Part shown: one piece after another, positions 52,779 to 64,000 of the stretch | Numbering within the stretch: the first letter of the stretch is position 1 | Layout of the letters: every line of letters starts with the position of its first letter | Assembly: GCA_964016885.1 (NCBI GenBank) | Contig: OZ024748.1 | Location: 46,004,001 to 46,068,000, forward strand | Direction: 5' to 3' | DNA: 64,000 nt | Origin: Eledone cirrhosa | Taxonomy: Eukaryota | The notes under the pieces: model-generated | Databases searched by the model: none | The model's input: only the letters and a program-made list of their open reading frames with translations | Told to the model about the DNA's origin: nothing | Made by a program: the position numbers and the translations under genes

Positions 52779-52845
52779 TTTTATTATGCGCATTTCAAAA
52801 ACAAACATCATCATGCAATAATATTTGTGTTTTCATCAGATAAAA
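52779..52845 (-). ncRNA. Minimal type I hammerhead ribozyme
   Basis: ttttat CTGATGA aaac-acaaatatt..gatgtttgt-tttt GAAA tgcgca TA ataaaa. Confidence 0.7.
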
Positions 52846-52900
52846 CAGGAGAACATGATATGAAGGCTAAAAAACACTTGTGGATAGTGCAGTTTTAAAT

Positions 52901-52938
<38 letters not shown>

Positions 52939-53371
52939 CTCTTCGACAGGTTTTCAGTCGAGCCCCTAGCATTGGGGACTTCAGGTGCCCTTAACTATCG
53001 GGCTACCTCCTTACTTACCACCATAGGCGCTGAGCTGGCAACCCACAGGTGTGAGCCTCGCGAGATTTAATAGCTCTTCCAGCGCACCTCCCTTTCCATC
53101 CTCCTGGGAAACGCCTTCTCCATACTGCCCGCCAGGGCCGTGGGGCTGCCAGCACGTGGAACTTGATGTACGTGTTAGAAGACAGAGCAGTGTATTAGTA
53201 GATCATTGACGTAAGCTCGGTATTCTGATCCTTTCACAGTTAAACCAGGGCTTTTGTAAAATAACTACAGTAGCAATAGAGACCGTTGGAGTCTGTAGTG
53301 TGTGATGTACTAGAGCTCAATTATAAGCATATACTGTTCAGAGACAAACTAAGCAGTAGTCTGCCCCCTGC

Positions 53372-53470
<99 letters not shown>

Positions 53471-53689
53471 TATATACAAGTGTGTGTGTGTGTGTGTGTG
53501 TATGTGTGTGTGTGTGTGTGTGTATAAGCAAAGATATTTAATTTGTTGGTAATTCAACAAATATATTTATAACAGATTCGAAGCACTCGACAAGTTTTCT
53601 GGAGTATAATATCAATGATATTCCAAACGGAACCTGAACCGTTAAGGTCTGTCCCTGGGTATGTCACTATTTATAAAGCAAATTTTGTA

Positions 53690-53746
53690 TTTTATCTGAT
53701 GAGTGCGTACCAAAGTTTTGGTACCATTGAAATATATATAATAGAA
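53690..53746 (+). ncRNA. Minimal type I hammerhead ribozyme
   Basis: ttttat CTGATGA gtgc-gtaccaaa g ttttggtac-catt GAAA tatata TA atagaa. Confidence 0.68.
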
Positions 53747-53875
53747 TAAATATGGTTTTATAAATATAGTTTCCATTTATTGATATATATATATATCAAG
53801 TATGAATTTTTAGAATTTTATAGAAAAAAAACAATTTCCACAAATTCCATACTTGACGATCCAATATATATATAT

Positions 53876-54060
53876 ATCTATCTAGGGCGGGAACAACATT
53901 CCCGAGATCCATGGACGAGTTCTCTCCAGCGGTCCCTCTCCCTCATTATCGCTCCCAAGTCCGGCGTCTCCAAGAGACCAGTCTCTGTCCTTAGGGCATC
54001 GAAATATTCTCGGTCTTCCTCTTCCAGTGTGTCATGGGCTCCCACAGGAGCACTGAGTTC
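53876..54060 (-). mobile_element. 3' end of an RTE LINE related to 42067-45075, with (TAGA) tail
   Basis: Reverse complement matches gaccgctggagagaactcgtccatggatctcgggaat...cccgcc.tagatag. Confidence 0.8.
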
Positions 54061-54612
54061 ATACTATATAGCATATAGCAACACCAGGACTCTGGATTTA
54101 CTATATATATATGGGGTTTTCTCCCTTGAAGAATTTACACACGTGGTTTTACTACTACATACCACTGCGTGATTCTGCATGCTGGCAAAATACCTGTTGA
54201 CAAAGTGACAGCCTGGTTCGATCATATACCAAAAGCTTATTATTTTAAGCAGGCGGTATAATTGATTTAGGTCCCGCAGAAACCCTGTACTGGATTATAA
54301 CATCTTTTCCAAGGGTCCGGGTAAATATTCAATTATTTTGTTTGATCTTTTTGGCTTGCCTCGTCTTTTTGACTTAGGGGTTGATGGCTCCTTGACTGCC
54401 GTCTCAGTTTGTTTGGCCTTTATAATCTATGTTTATTGCTCTGGTCTTTATTTTGTCCATGGAGCGCATGTCAGCATAACTCGAATATTGCTTTTCGCTT
54501 TGTTTTCGGCCACAGCCGAAATCCGAATCTCGCTGAAATTATATTTATATATATATATATGTATACTGGATTGTCAAGTATGAAATTCGTAGAAATTTGT
54601 TTTTTTCTCCCT

Positions 54613-54648
<36 letters not shown>

Positions 54649-54717
54649 TATGAAGAGAGAAGAAACATTCAGATATAATTAGTAATAAAATGTATCATAC
54701 CTAAACTGCTCCTAAAT

Positions 54718-54807
54718 TCCTCGACTACGTAGTTTCGTGGCATAAACAAAAACAATATATCATAAAGACATAGAGTCCTTGCGAGGTCTGCCGACTTATC
54801 AAGAGGA
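54718..54807 (-). ncRNA. Type I hammerhead, U3-A8 variant
   Basis: tcctc TTGATAA gtcggca...tgccac GAAA ctacgtag TC gagga. Confidence 0.62.
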
Positions 54808-54917
54808 TACCTCATTTTACTAGTCTCAAGAACGCGTCTACACGATGTGAGAAAGAATCCCAAAAGGCGGAGGGGGAGATAGTCACGCGATATAACGGTC
54901 GAGAAACAGAGCTAAGC

Positions 54918-55004
<87 letters not shown>

Positions 55005-55043
55005 CAATTTACGAAATGGAAATGCGGGTATATAGGATTTATT

Positions 55044-55160
55044 AGGTAACAATTGTTTCTATAGTGTATGAGTTACCTATACTTCGCTATTTGAATAATA
55101 CACAAATATTATCATAAACCGAAAGTACACTGTAAGCCAACACACCATGTCATCAGACCT
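55044..55160 (-). ncRNA. Type I hammerhead with a ~90 nt extended stem II, at a probable Penelope-like 3' end (55020-55570)
   Basis: aggt CTGATGA [long imperfect hairpin] GAAA caattg TT acct, followed by AATAAA. Confidence 0.55.
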
Positions 55161-55780
55161 TTGTATTAGAATGATATGAAAATATTATATACACTAGATA
55201 AAAGATAAAGAAGGAGGTAGGAAGAGAAGGGGAAGAGGGAAGTGAGTAAGGTGGAGGGAGTTTTAGGGTTTAAGACTGTCAGACTAGTAGAGATTGTGAA
55301 GAGAGAATGTTTTGGCAGCAGTTAGCTTAATGAGGCGTGCTAAGGTTGGCTGGGAAGTAGATTCTTCTAGTGGTGTTGTTCGGACAAAATTTAGTTAGAG
55401 GGGTCAAAGTGGTACAGTGAAACCCAGGTATTCGCTGTCCCAATATTCCCGGAAATTTCCTTACAACCTCATTAATAATTGTTCCTGAAAACCACCACCA
55501 CATATTCGCAGAATCGTAGATAACTTCCACGATTTTTCAATGGTTTATTTTCGTGGCAAGAAATATATTTTTTTAACGCTAAATTATTAACAATATACCG
55601 TATTTGCTGACCTCTTGACACCCCTTCGTATAAGACGCTCCCTCAATTTTTTAATTATATTTTACATTATATTTTGATTTGACGTCTATAGGTATTTTTA
55701 TGGACTGCGTCCAATATTCGCGGTTTCGGACTTTTGCGACTGTTATAGGAACTTCACCCTGGCGAGTACCGGGGGACAAC

Positions 55781-55846
<66 letters not shown>

Positions 55847-55854
55847 TGTATACA

Positions 55855-55891
<37 letters not shown>

Positions 55892-56079
55892 GTACAGAGA
55901 TATATATGTATATAGATATATACGTATATAGATATATATATGTATACATATAGATAAATATATATATATATATAGATAGATAGATATATATGTATACGTA
56001 GATATGTATGCATATACATATGGATATGGATATATATATATATATATATGTATGTAAACATACATATATATGTATACAA

Positions 56080-56150
<71 letters not shown>

Positions 56151-56897
56151 TATATAGATATACTTATATATATATATATGTATATATATATACATATATA
56201 TATAAATATACATATATATACATACATATATATATAAATATACATATATATACATATATATATATATAACGAAGGAAGTCTAGTGAGGAACCAGATGGAC
56301 TATAACGCACCAGAGTACTCAATACTTTACAGTGGGTATTAGGAAAATGTTTGACACACATATAACCTTTGCACTATATAACCGCTTAATTCCATGTTGT
56401 ATTTTAACCTGTATTTTTGATTGTATCTTTTAATCTGTTGTATTTTAACCTGTATTTTTGATTGTATCTTTTAATATATCTTCGAAGATAATAGTAAGAT
56501 ATGCACTCAGTATTTTGAATCTGTCTGCAGAATTCTCTAGACCTTTGTCACTTAGTAGAACCTTAATGACTTTAGCTTTTGAAGAATCTCCCTTTTCTTT
56601 AATTCTATCGACCATGACTGACCCCCCACTGACTTTATTGACATCTGTTAGCTTAAGAGAAACTTATTGACAAGGAATGGTATGCCATCCGGAACCTGTT
56701 TATAGAATTCTGTCTGCCTTTGTTACTCTAAAAACATAAATAAATATAAATAAAAATAAAAATAAACTATAGCTTTGTAGAATTAGCTTTTAATGAATTC
56801 CCTTTTCTATCAACCAATGACCTGCACCCATCCCACTCCCCACCCTCTCCTACCACTTGTAGAGACCTATAAATACCATATTTATTTTTTGATACCC

Positions 56898-56948
56898 AGA
56901 TTCCTGATGATTTCTAATGAATGAAACAGTTCTAGTCCTGTAGAATCT
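56898..56948 (+). ncRNA. Minimal type I hammerhead ribozyme
   Basis: agattc CTGATGA tttctaatgaat GAAA cag ttctagtc ctg TA gaatct. Confidence 0.72.
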
Positions 56949-57087
56949 CTTCTATATTAAAACTATATATATATATATATATACATATAGATTTTGAGTT
57001 TATGTTGGTTGTATACCAACACCTCAGTATGCAGGCTGGAGCACTCGACGAAGTGCGCAGGTTGGTTTGGTTACTCCGGAGTAGTGT

Positions 57088-57363
57088 AAAATAAAGTTAA
57101 ATAAAAGACAAATGATTAAAATTTAGCTTCGTTTATTACTGCTATATATATTTCAGTGACAGCCATCTTTGGCTGTGACCTCTTCAGGCAGTTTGAATTA
57201 GTATGGTATAGACAAGTACATATGTATGGTATAGACAAGTACACATGTACTAATTCAAACTGCCTGAAGAGGTCACAGCCAAAGATGGCTGTCACTGAAA
57301 TATATATAGCAGTAATAAACGAAGCTAAATTTTAATCATTTGACTTTTATTTAACTTTATTTT
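57088..57363. ncRNA. Inverted repeat with two intact hammerheads (57138-57192 minus, 57259-57313 plus)
   Basis: actgc CTGAAGA ggt..act GAAA tatata TA gcagt in both arms; same family as 18416. Confidence 0.75.
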
Positions 57364-57735
57364 ATATATATATATATATATATATAACCCAGAAAAAAGA
57401 GAAATAAATAAAAAGGGAAAAAAATATGTTTTTCTATCTAATAATCGTCTTTTTCTTCCTGGTTTCATATATATATATGTATATATATTTATATATATAT
57501 ATGTATATATATATGAATATATATATGTATATATATGTATATGTATTTATATATATGCAAATGTATATGTATATATATATGTATATATATATATGTAAAT
57601 ATATATATATACATATATATATATATACATATATATATACATATATATATATACAAATATATACATATATATATACATATATATATATATATAAATATAT
57701 ACATATATACACATATAGTTATGTATTTGTATATA

Positions 57736-57832
<97 letters not shown>

Positions 57833-57904
57833 GTATATATTTGTATATATGTATACATATATGTATATATATATATTTAAATATATCTATACACACATAT
57901 ATAT

Positions 57905-57943
<39 letters not shown>

Positions 57944-58100
57944 GTGTGTGTATGTGTGTGTGTACAAACAGAAAGACGTATACCAGCTACCTGTCACGGT
58001 TGAAAGCCTTTTATTGAAAGCCGCAATGACGTGAATGGAGAAGATATATACGTGAAACTACGATTTATTACACACATATACATAACCATAAATAGTATCC

Positions 58101-58136
<36 letters not shown>

Positions 58137-58139
<3 letters not shown>

Positions 58140-58620
58140 TATGTATACGTACATGCATATAGGCTTACCGATGTACAGTAGTATGTATATACATACATAC
58201 ATGCACGCACATATATATATGTACGTATGGGTTTACCGAGCATTTATTATCATGCTCGGTTTGAACGTAAACAAACAGCCCGAATTATTAGTGTTTGGCA
58301 ACCGTCGTGCCATTTTTTAAACACTGAAAAAAGAACGATGAACTAGCTTCTAGCTTATTAGCCGTCATCGGCACCTTATACCTTCCTGTCAGTTGATTGA
58401 ACGTTTGAATGTATATACTTTCCTGATGTATATTGACGGCTGAGCCTCCTAATTTGCATATAGAGTGAGTTAGTCGGCTGGGCGTACCGAAATGGAAAAA
58501 ATGAAATTTCATTTCGCTCTCTTAGTACGGCTGATACTTAAATATAAGTATGTATACGTCCATACATATATGTATTCAGACGTACAGTAGTATGTATATA
58601 CATACGTACATGCACACGTA
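58137..58620 (-). mobile_element. Retrozyme-like repeat, copy C (about 1.2 units; degenerate hammerhead at 58336-58376)
   Basis: aagtatgtatacgt recurs about 409 bp apart; homologous to copies A, B and E. Confidence 0.65.
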
Positions 58621-59160
58621 TATGATTTTTAATGCGATGAAATACCAATGATGGTTGGCAAATCACTGACGAAGGACTAATTTTATCATATGTAACCCAT
58701 GTGCAACCACGCAGTATTCTTCTTTCTTCTCATGTTTTTTATATATATTTACCTCGGCTGCGTTTGTCTGTTTCTCTCTTACTGGTTCCCCGTTCTATGT
58801 GTTGCTCTCACCTTCTTTCGCCCCCTCTGTCAGTTACACTTTCTCTCGACTGACCTCTTCCTCGCACTTCCACTCACTCACTCTCTGTTTCTCCCCTTCT
58901 CACTTCCTCCCGTTTGGCTAGTAGTGGGTTCTTTCTTGCTCACATCTCACTCACGTCGGACGGTCTGTATCTTGATCGGTCATGAAATCCACCCAGCTTA
59001 TGCTGACCGGATAACCATGTTGCTTGTTAATTTCCATCTTTGCGTTGCTTTCATCCTTCTATGTTGTTTACTTGTCTCACTCGCTGTACGGCTAATAATT
59101 CGAGCTGTTTGTTTACAAACAATCCGAGCATTATAACAAATGTTCGGTAAACCCATACGT

Positions 59161-59214
<54 letters not shown>

Positions 59215-59365
59215 CAAAGGAATTGTGGTAAGGAACCAGATGGACCATAACGCACCAGAGTACTCAATAGTTCGGCTATTTATTCACCAGGCTAAAGATT
59301 CTGATTTAGTCCAGAAATAGCCGTCGAAACGTCTCGAGCACTGCCGTCGGGGTCATACCTTTTCA

Positions 59366-59909
59366 TATATATATATGTGCATGCATGTATGTATACATGT
59401 ACTACTGTACGTCTGTATACATATATGTATGTACGTATACATACTTACATTTAATTATCAGCCGTACTAAGAGTGAGAAATGAAATTTCGTTTTTTCCAT
59501 TTAACATTTTCGGTACGCCCGGCCGACTAACTCATTAAATATGCAAATTAGGGTGCTCAGCCGTTTATATGCACAAGGAAACTATATACTTTCAAACGTT
59601 CAATCAACTGACGGGAAGGTATGCGGTGCTGATAACAGCTAATAAGCTAGAAATTAGTTAATCGTTCCTTTGTCATTGTTGAACAAAAGGGCAACGGCTT
59701 AATTCGGGCTGTTTGTTTACAAACAAACCGAGAATTATAATAAATGCTCGGTAAACCCATACGTACATATATATATATATGTGTGCATATATGTATATAT
59801 ATACATACTACTGTACGTCTGTATACATATATGTATGTACGTATACATACTTATATTAAAGTATCAGCCCTACTAAGAGTGAGGAATGAGATTTCATTTT
59901 TTCCATATT

Positions 59910-59910
<1 letters not shown>
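59366..59910 (+). mobile_element. Retrozyme-like repeat, copy D (opposite orientation, about 1.3 units; degenerate hammerhead at 59624-59664)
   Basis: cggtg CTGATAA cagc taataa gcta GAAA ttag TT aatcg; tactactgtacgtctgtatac recurs about 407 bp apart. Confidence 0.65.
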
Positions 59911-59978
<68 letters not shown>

Positions 59979-60138
59979 AGAAGTTCTATTTAAATTTTTG
60001 GCATACAACAAGCAAATATTTTAATAACTGATATAAAGCACTCAACAATAAATTGGAGTATCCGGGAGGTTCCAACAGTAATGGTTGCATTATTTAAGGA
60101 TATGTCAATATTTGTTTATAAAACTGCTCTATATTATA

Positions 60139-60199
60139 TTTTATCTGATGAAAGCACACCATAATTTAACTTGGTGTCCTTGAAATATGTATAATGAAA
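60139..60199 (+). ncRNA. Minimal type I hammerhead ribozyme
   Basis: ttttat CTGATGA aag-cacacca..tggtgtc-ctt GAAA tatgta TA atgaaa. Confidence 0.65.
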
Positions 60200-60241
60200 T
60201 AAATATGGTTTTATAAATATAGTTTCCATTTGTTAATATCG

Positions 60242-60358
<117 letters not shown>

Positions 60359-60378
60359 GTATATATATATATATTTAT

Positions 60379-60415
<37 letters not shown>

Positions 60416-60474
60416 CGCCCACCCTTGATGTATGTGTTTATGAGGCTATTTGCTTGCAAACAAACTGAATATTA

Positions 60475-61285
60475 ATAATTGTTCCCCTTTTTGGCACAAG
60501 GCCAGCAATTACCAAAGTGCAATACCTCTATACTGCAATGCATGGTGTCTGACGCTCTACCGATGCTGCTAACACACCGCTATTATGATATTATTATATA
60601 GGGTGGTGGTTGGCAGTATCGGTAGAGGGTCGGACGACATGCTTTGCCGCATAGAGTTATGGCCCTTTGTGATCTGAGTTCATATCGCGCCGAGTTTAAC
60701 CTTGCCTTTCATTCTTACGGGGTCGATAAAATAAAATACCAGTCACGCACTGGTGTCGATTTGATCGACTCCCCCCCCCCCCCCCCCCAAAAAAAACCAT
60801 TGCTGGCCTTGTGCCTACATATGATACCATTATATATGCATGGTGTCTGACGCTCTACCGATGCTGCTAACACACCGCTATTATGATATTATTATATAGG
60901 GTGGTGGATTGGCAGTATCGGTAGAGGGTCGGACGCCATGCTTTCGAGCATAGTTACGTCCCTTTACGATCTGAGTTTAAATCCCGCCGAGGCTGACTTT
61001 GCCTTTCATCCTTACGGGGTCGATAAAATAAAGTACCAGTAATGCACTGGGTAATTGCTGGCCTTGTGCCTAAAGTAGAAACAATTATATATGGCGGTGG
61101 ATTGGCAGTATCGGCAGAGAGTCAGACGCCATGCTTTGGCGCATAGAGTTACGGCCCTTGCCATTCTGAGTTCAAAACCCGCCGTGGTTAACTTCGCCTT
61201 TCATTCTTACAGGGTCGATAAAATAAAATACCAGTAATTCACGGGGGTAATTGCTGGTATTGTGCCAAAAGTAGTAACAGTTAAT
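60475..61285. mobile_element. Family A SINE cluster: three plus-strand copies and duplicated minus-strand head fragments
   Basis: Copies at 60600-60820, 60899-61090 and 61092-61285; segment 60538-60610 repeated at 60836-60908. Confidence 0.8.
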
Positions 61286-61926
61286 ATTCATTCAGAAAAA
61301 AAGAGAGAAATATATAAAAAGGGAAAAAAATATATTTTTCTTCCTAATAACCGTCTTTTTCTCCCTGTTTTCATATATATATATATATATATTATAAATA
61401 TATATATATATATATTATATATATATATTATAAATATATATATATATTATATATATATATTATAAATATATATATATATATATTATATATATATATTATA
61501 AATATATATATATTTATTAAATATATATTCTTATAAATATATATATATATATTATATATATATATTATAAATATATATATTTATTATATATATATATTAT
61601 AAATATATATATATATATTATATATATATATTATAAATATATATATATATTATATATATATATTATAAATATATATATATTATATATATATATTATAAAT
61701 ATATATATATATAATATATAGTAATAATAATAAATTTGAAGACTAAAATCCAAAGAGGGCTCGTTAAGGATAAATATATATAAAATATATAAGAACCGTA
61801 GAGCAAATATTTATTAAAATAACAGATTAAAGTATCAGCAAAGAATCGCTGCAGAAGATCCCGTTAAGGGTGAAAGCTGCGATTCTTTGTTTAAACTTTA
61901 ATCTGTTATTTTAATAAATATATATA

Positions 61927-62026
<100 letters not shown>

Positions 62027-62255
62027 CTATCTATCTGTGTGTAATTGACGGCTGAGATAAAGGAGTACCAATATTGAAATAGAGTTTTCATATTCATATT
62101 AAGTGAGTGTGTTAAGTTTGAAACAGCAGTTATATTTCCTTCCAATTTCATCTTAAAGTTTTAAAACAAGACAGTAAGTAGGGTGTCGTCTGCTGTCATA
62201 ATATGTATGTATGTACGTATGCATATATGTGTGTATGCGTGTTTGTGTGTGTGTA

Positions 62256-62286
<31 letters not shown>

Positions 62287-63003
62287 TAGTATGTTTCTCT
62301 TTCTCTTAATTTCGAGTACATTTTTGACCGGACACCTTCTTGTTGGCAAGGTTTTACAAGAAAAGAAATTGTCAACCCTTGATTCGCAAGAACGTTTTGC
62401 AAATTTTGAAGGCGCCAGCTATCTCAGCCATTTGTAGTCTATGAATTTACGTACGTATGTATGTATGTAAGGATAAGGGTAATGAGCCCTTTTGCACACG
62501 TTTAACAATGGGATTTGTACCAAGAATATTTCCAAGGCACAAGTCCATTTGTGGAAGACCTGCAGTCGCCCATGCATACCTGTCTCCCCTCTACATGTTA
62601 ACGATGTTGCCCAAGGGGAAAGCAGTTGCCGATACGGCTTTTGAAATTGTTTAATTGCCTCTGTGTGTGTAATTGAACTGCATTAAATTTAATTAAATTA
62701 AATTAAATTAAATTAAATTAAATTAAATTAAATCAAATTATATTTGATTATTTACTTTGAGTATCTACTATCGTACTATTATTGAGTTTTCGCGGTTACA
62801 AAAATATAAACAAGTCGGGCCATTTAAGAATTTAGTGGGATCACCTCAGAAAATGAACACCAATTTGTTACTGTCCACGGAAACATTTGTAACTATATCT
62901 GTAATTTTAACCGTTGGTCAATCAATGATAAACATTGACTGCCAAATAAATTAACTATGGTGATATAAAAGATACAGAAGCGAAAACCAACCATGTATAT
63001 ATA

Positions 63004-63070
<67 letters not shown>

Positions 63071-63073
<3 letters not shown>

Positions 63074-63530
63074 TATGTACACGTACATACATATATGTAT
63101 ACAGACGTACAGTAGTATGTATATATATAAACATACATGCACACACATATATATATGCACGTATGGATTCACCGAACATTTATTATAATGCTTGGTGTGT
63201 TTGTAAACAAACATCGCGTATTAAACCGTAGTGTCCAGCAACCATCGTTGCTCGTTTGTTCAACACTGACAAAGGAACGCTGTACTAGTTCCAAGCTTAT
63301 TAGCTATCGTCAGCAACGTATACCTTCCTGCCAGATTGTTGAACGTATATACTTACCTTATGCATATTAACGGCTGAGTAGCCCAATTTGCATATAGAGT
63401 GGGTTAATCGGCCGGGTGCACCGAAAATGATAAACGGAAAAAATGAAACGAAATTTCATTTCCCACTCTTACTACGGCTGTTACTTAAATATAAGTATGT
63501 ACACGTACATACATATATGTATACAGACGT
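63071..63530 (-). mobile_element. Retrozyme-like repeat, copy E (about 1.1 units; hammerhead at 63278-63318)
   Basis: cgttg CTGACGA tagc taataa gctt GGAA ctag TA cagcg; aagtatgtacacgtacatac recurs 422 bp apart. Confidence 0.68.
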
Positions 63531-63653
63531 AATCGTTCCCCTTATTTACGTGTCCCAACGACTTTCTTTAGCCGTTGCTCGCACCAACCGGAAGTATATG
63601 GTCTTTAAAGCGATGAAATACCAATGAAGATCACTGATGAAGGTCTAAATGTA

Positions 63654-63700
<47 letters not shown>

Positions 63701-63713
63701 TTATTAATATCAT

Positions 63714-63785
<72 letters not shown>

Positions 63786-64000
63786 AAAAGTTAAACAGAA
63801 ATAACAACACAATCGATAGAGTATATGGAAGGGATATATTAGGTTAACGCTTGATATAGCAGGAAGAGGGTCTTAATGTTTCGGACGCTAGTCCTTCATC
63901 AGAAGAAAGAATGAGAAATAAGAGAGATTAAGGGGACGGGCCGGATGGAATTGGAAAAAATGTCTTTAGATAAAAATAATAGGTCCATTTATGTTGACAT

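Noticed and set aside
56458-56730. Possible additional exon or coding fragment
   Set aside because: The acceptor-like site is followed by stops in all three frames and no family motif is recognisable; probably a decayed retroelement piece.
61840-61890. CAGAAGA-tcccgttaagggt-GAAA hammerhead-like motif (also 34470 and 52660)
   Set aside because: U4 is replaced and there is no clean NUH or stem I; it may be a degenerate PLE end but is not counted as a ribozyme.

Overview
AT-rich, microsatellite-saturated eukaryotic DNA. The SINE families and (TA)n/(CATA)n load point to a cephalopod, most likely Octopus (inference). Positions ~820-25862 carry 15 phase-consistent minus-strand coding exons of a MUC4/SUSD2-like gene (signal peptide, short Thr-rich segment, NIDO, AMOP, vWD with GDPH, EGF repeats; ~851 codons in the window, continuing past position 1). 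A possible non-coding first exon lies near 36.2-36.4 kb. The rest is repeat-derived: ~25 tRNA-derived Meta-domain SINEs, a second SINE family, a near-intact RTE-type LINE (42.1-45.1 kb), several RTE 3' fragments, an R4/Dong-type 3' fragment, a decayed Penelope-like RT, a mariner 5' fragment, a non-autonomous Helitron and tiny MITEs. The main unannotated signal is about 25 minimal type I hammerhead ribozyme motifs with palindromic stem III, read by eye. Most sit in Penelope-like terminal or fold-back modules embedded in (TA)n. A separate ~410-430 bp hammerhead-bearing repeat occurs at five loci as circularly permuted 1.0-1.3-mers, the architecture expected of a non-LTR retrozyme copied from a circular RNA. 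Nearly all IY/YI/CV-rich ORFs in the track are microsatellite artefacts.
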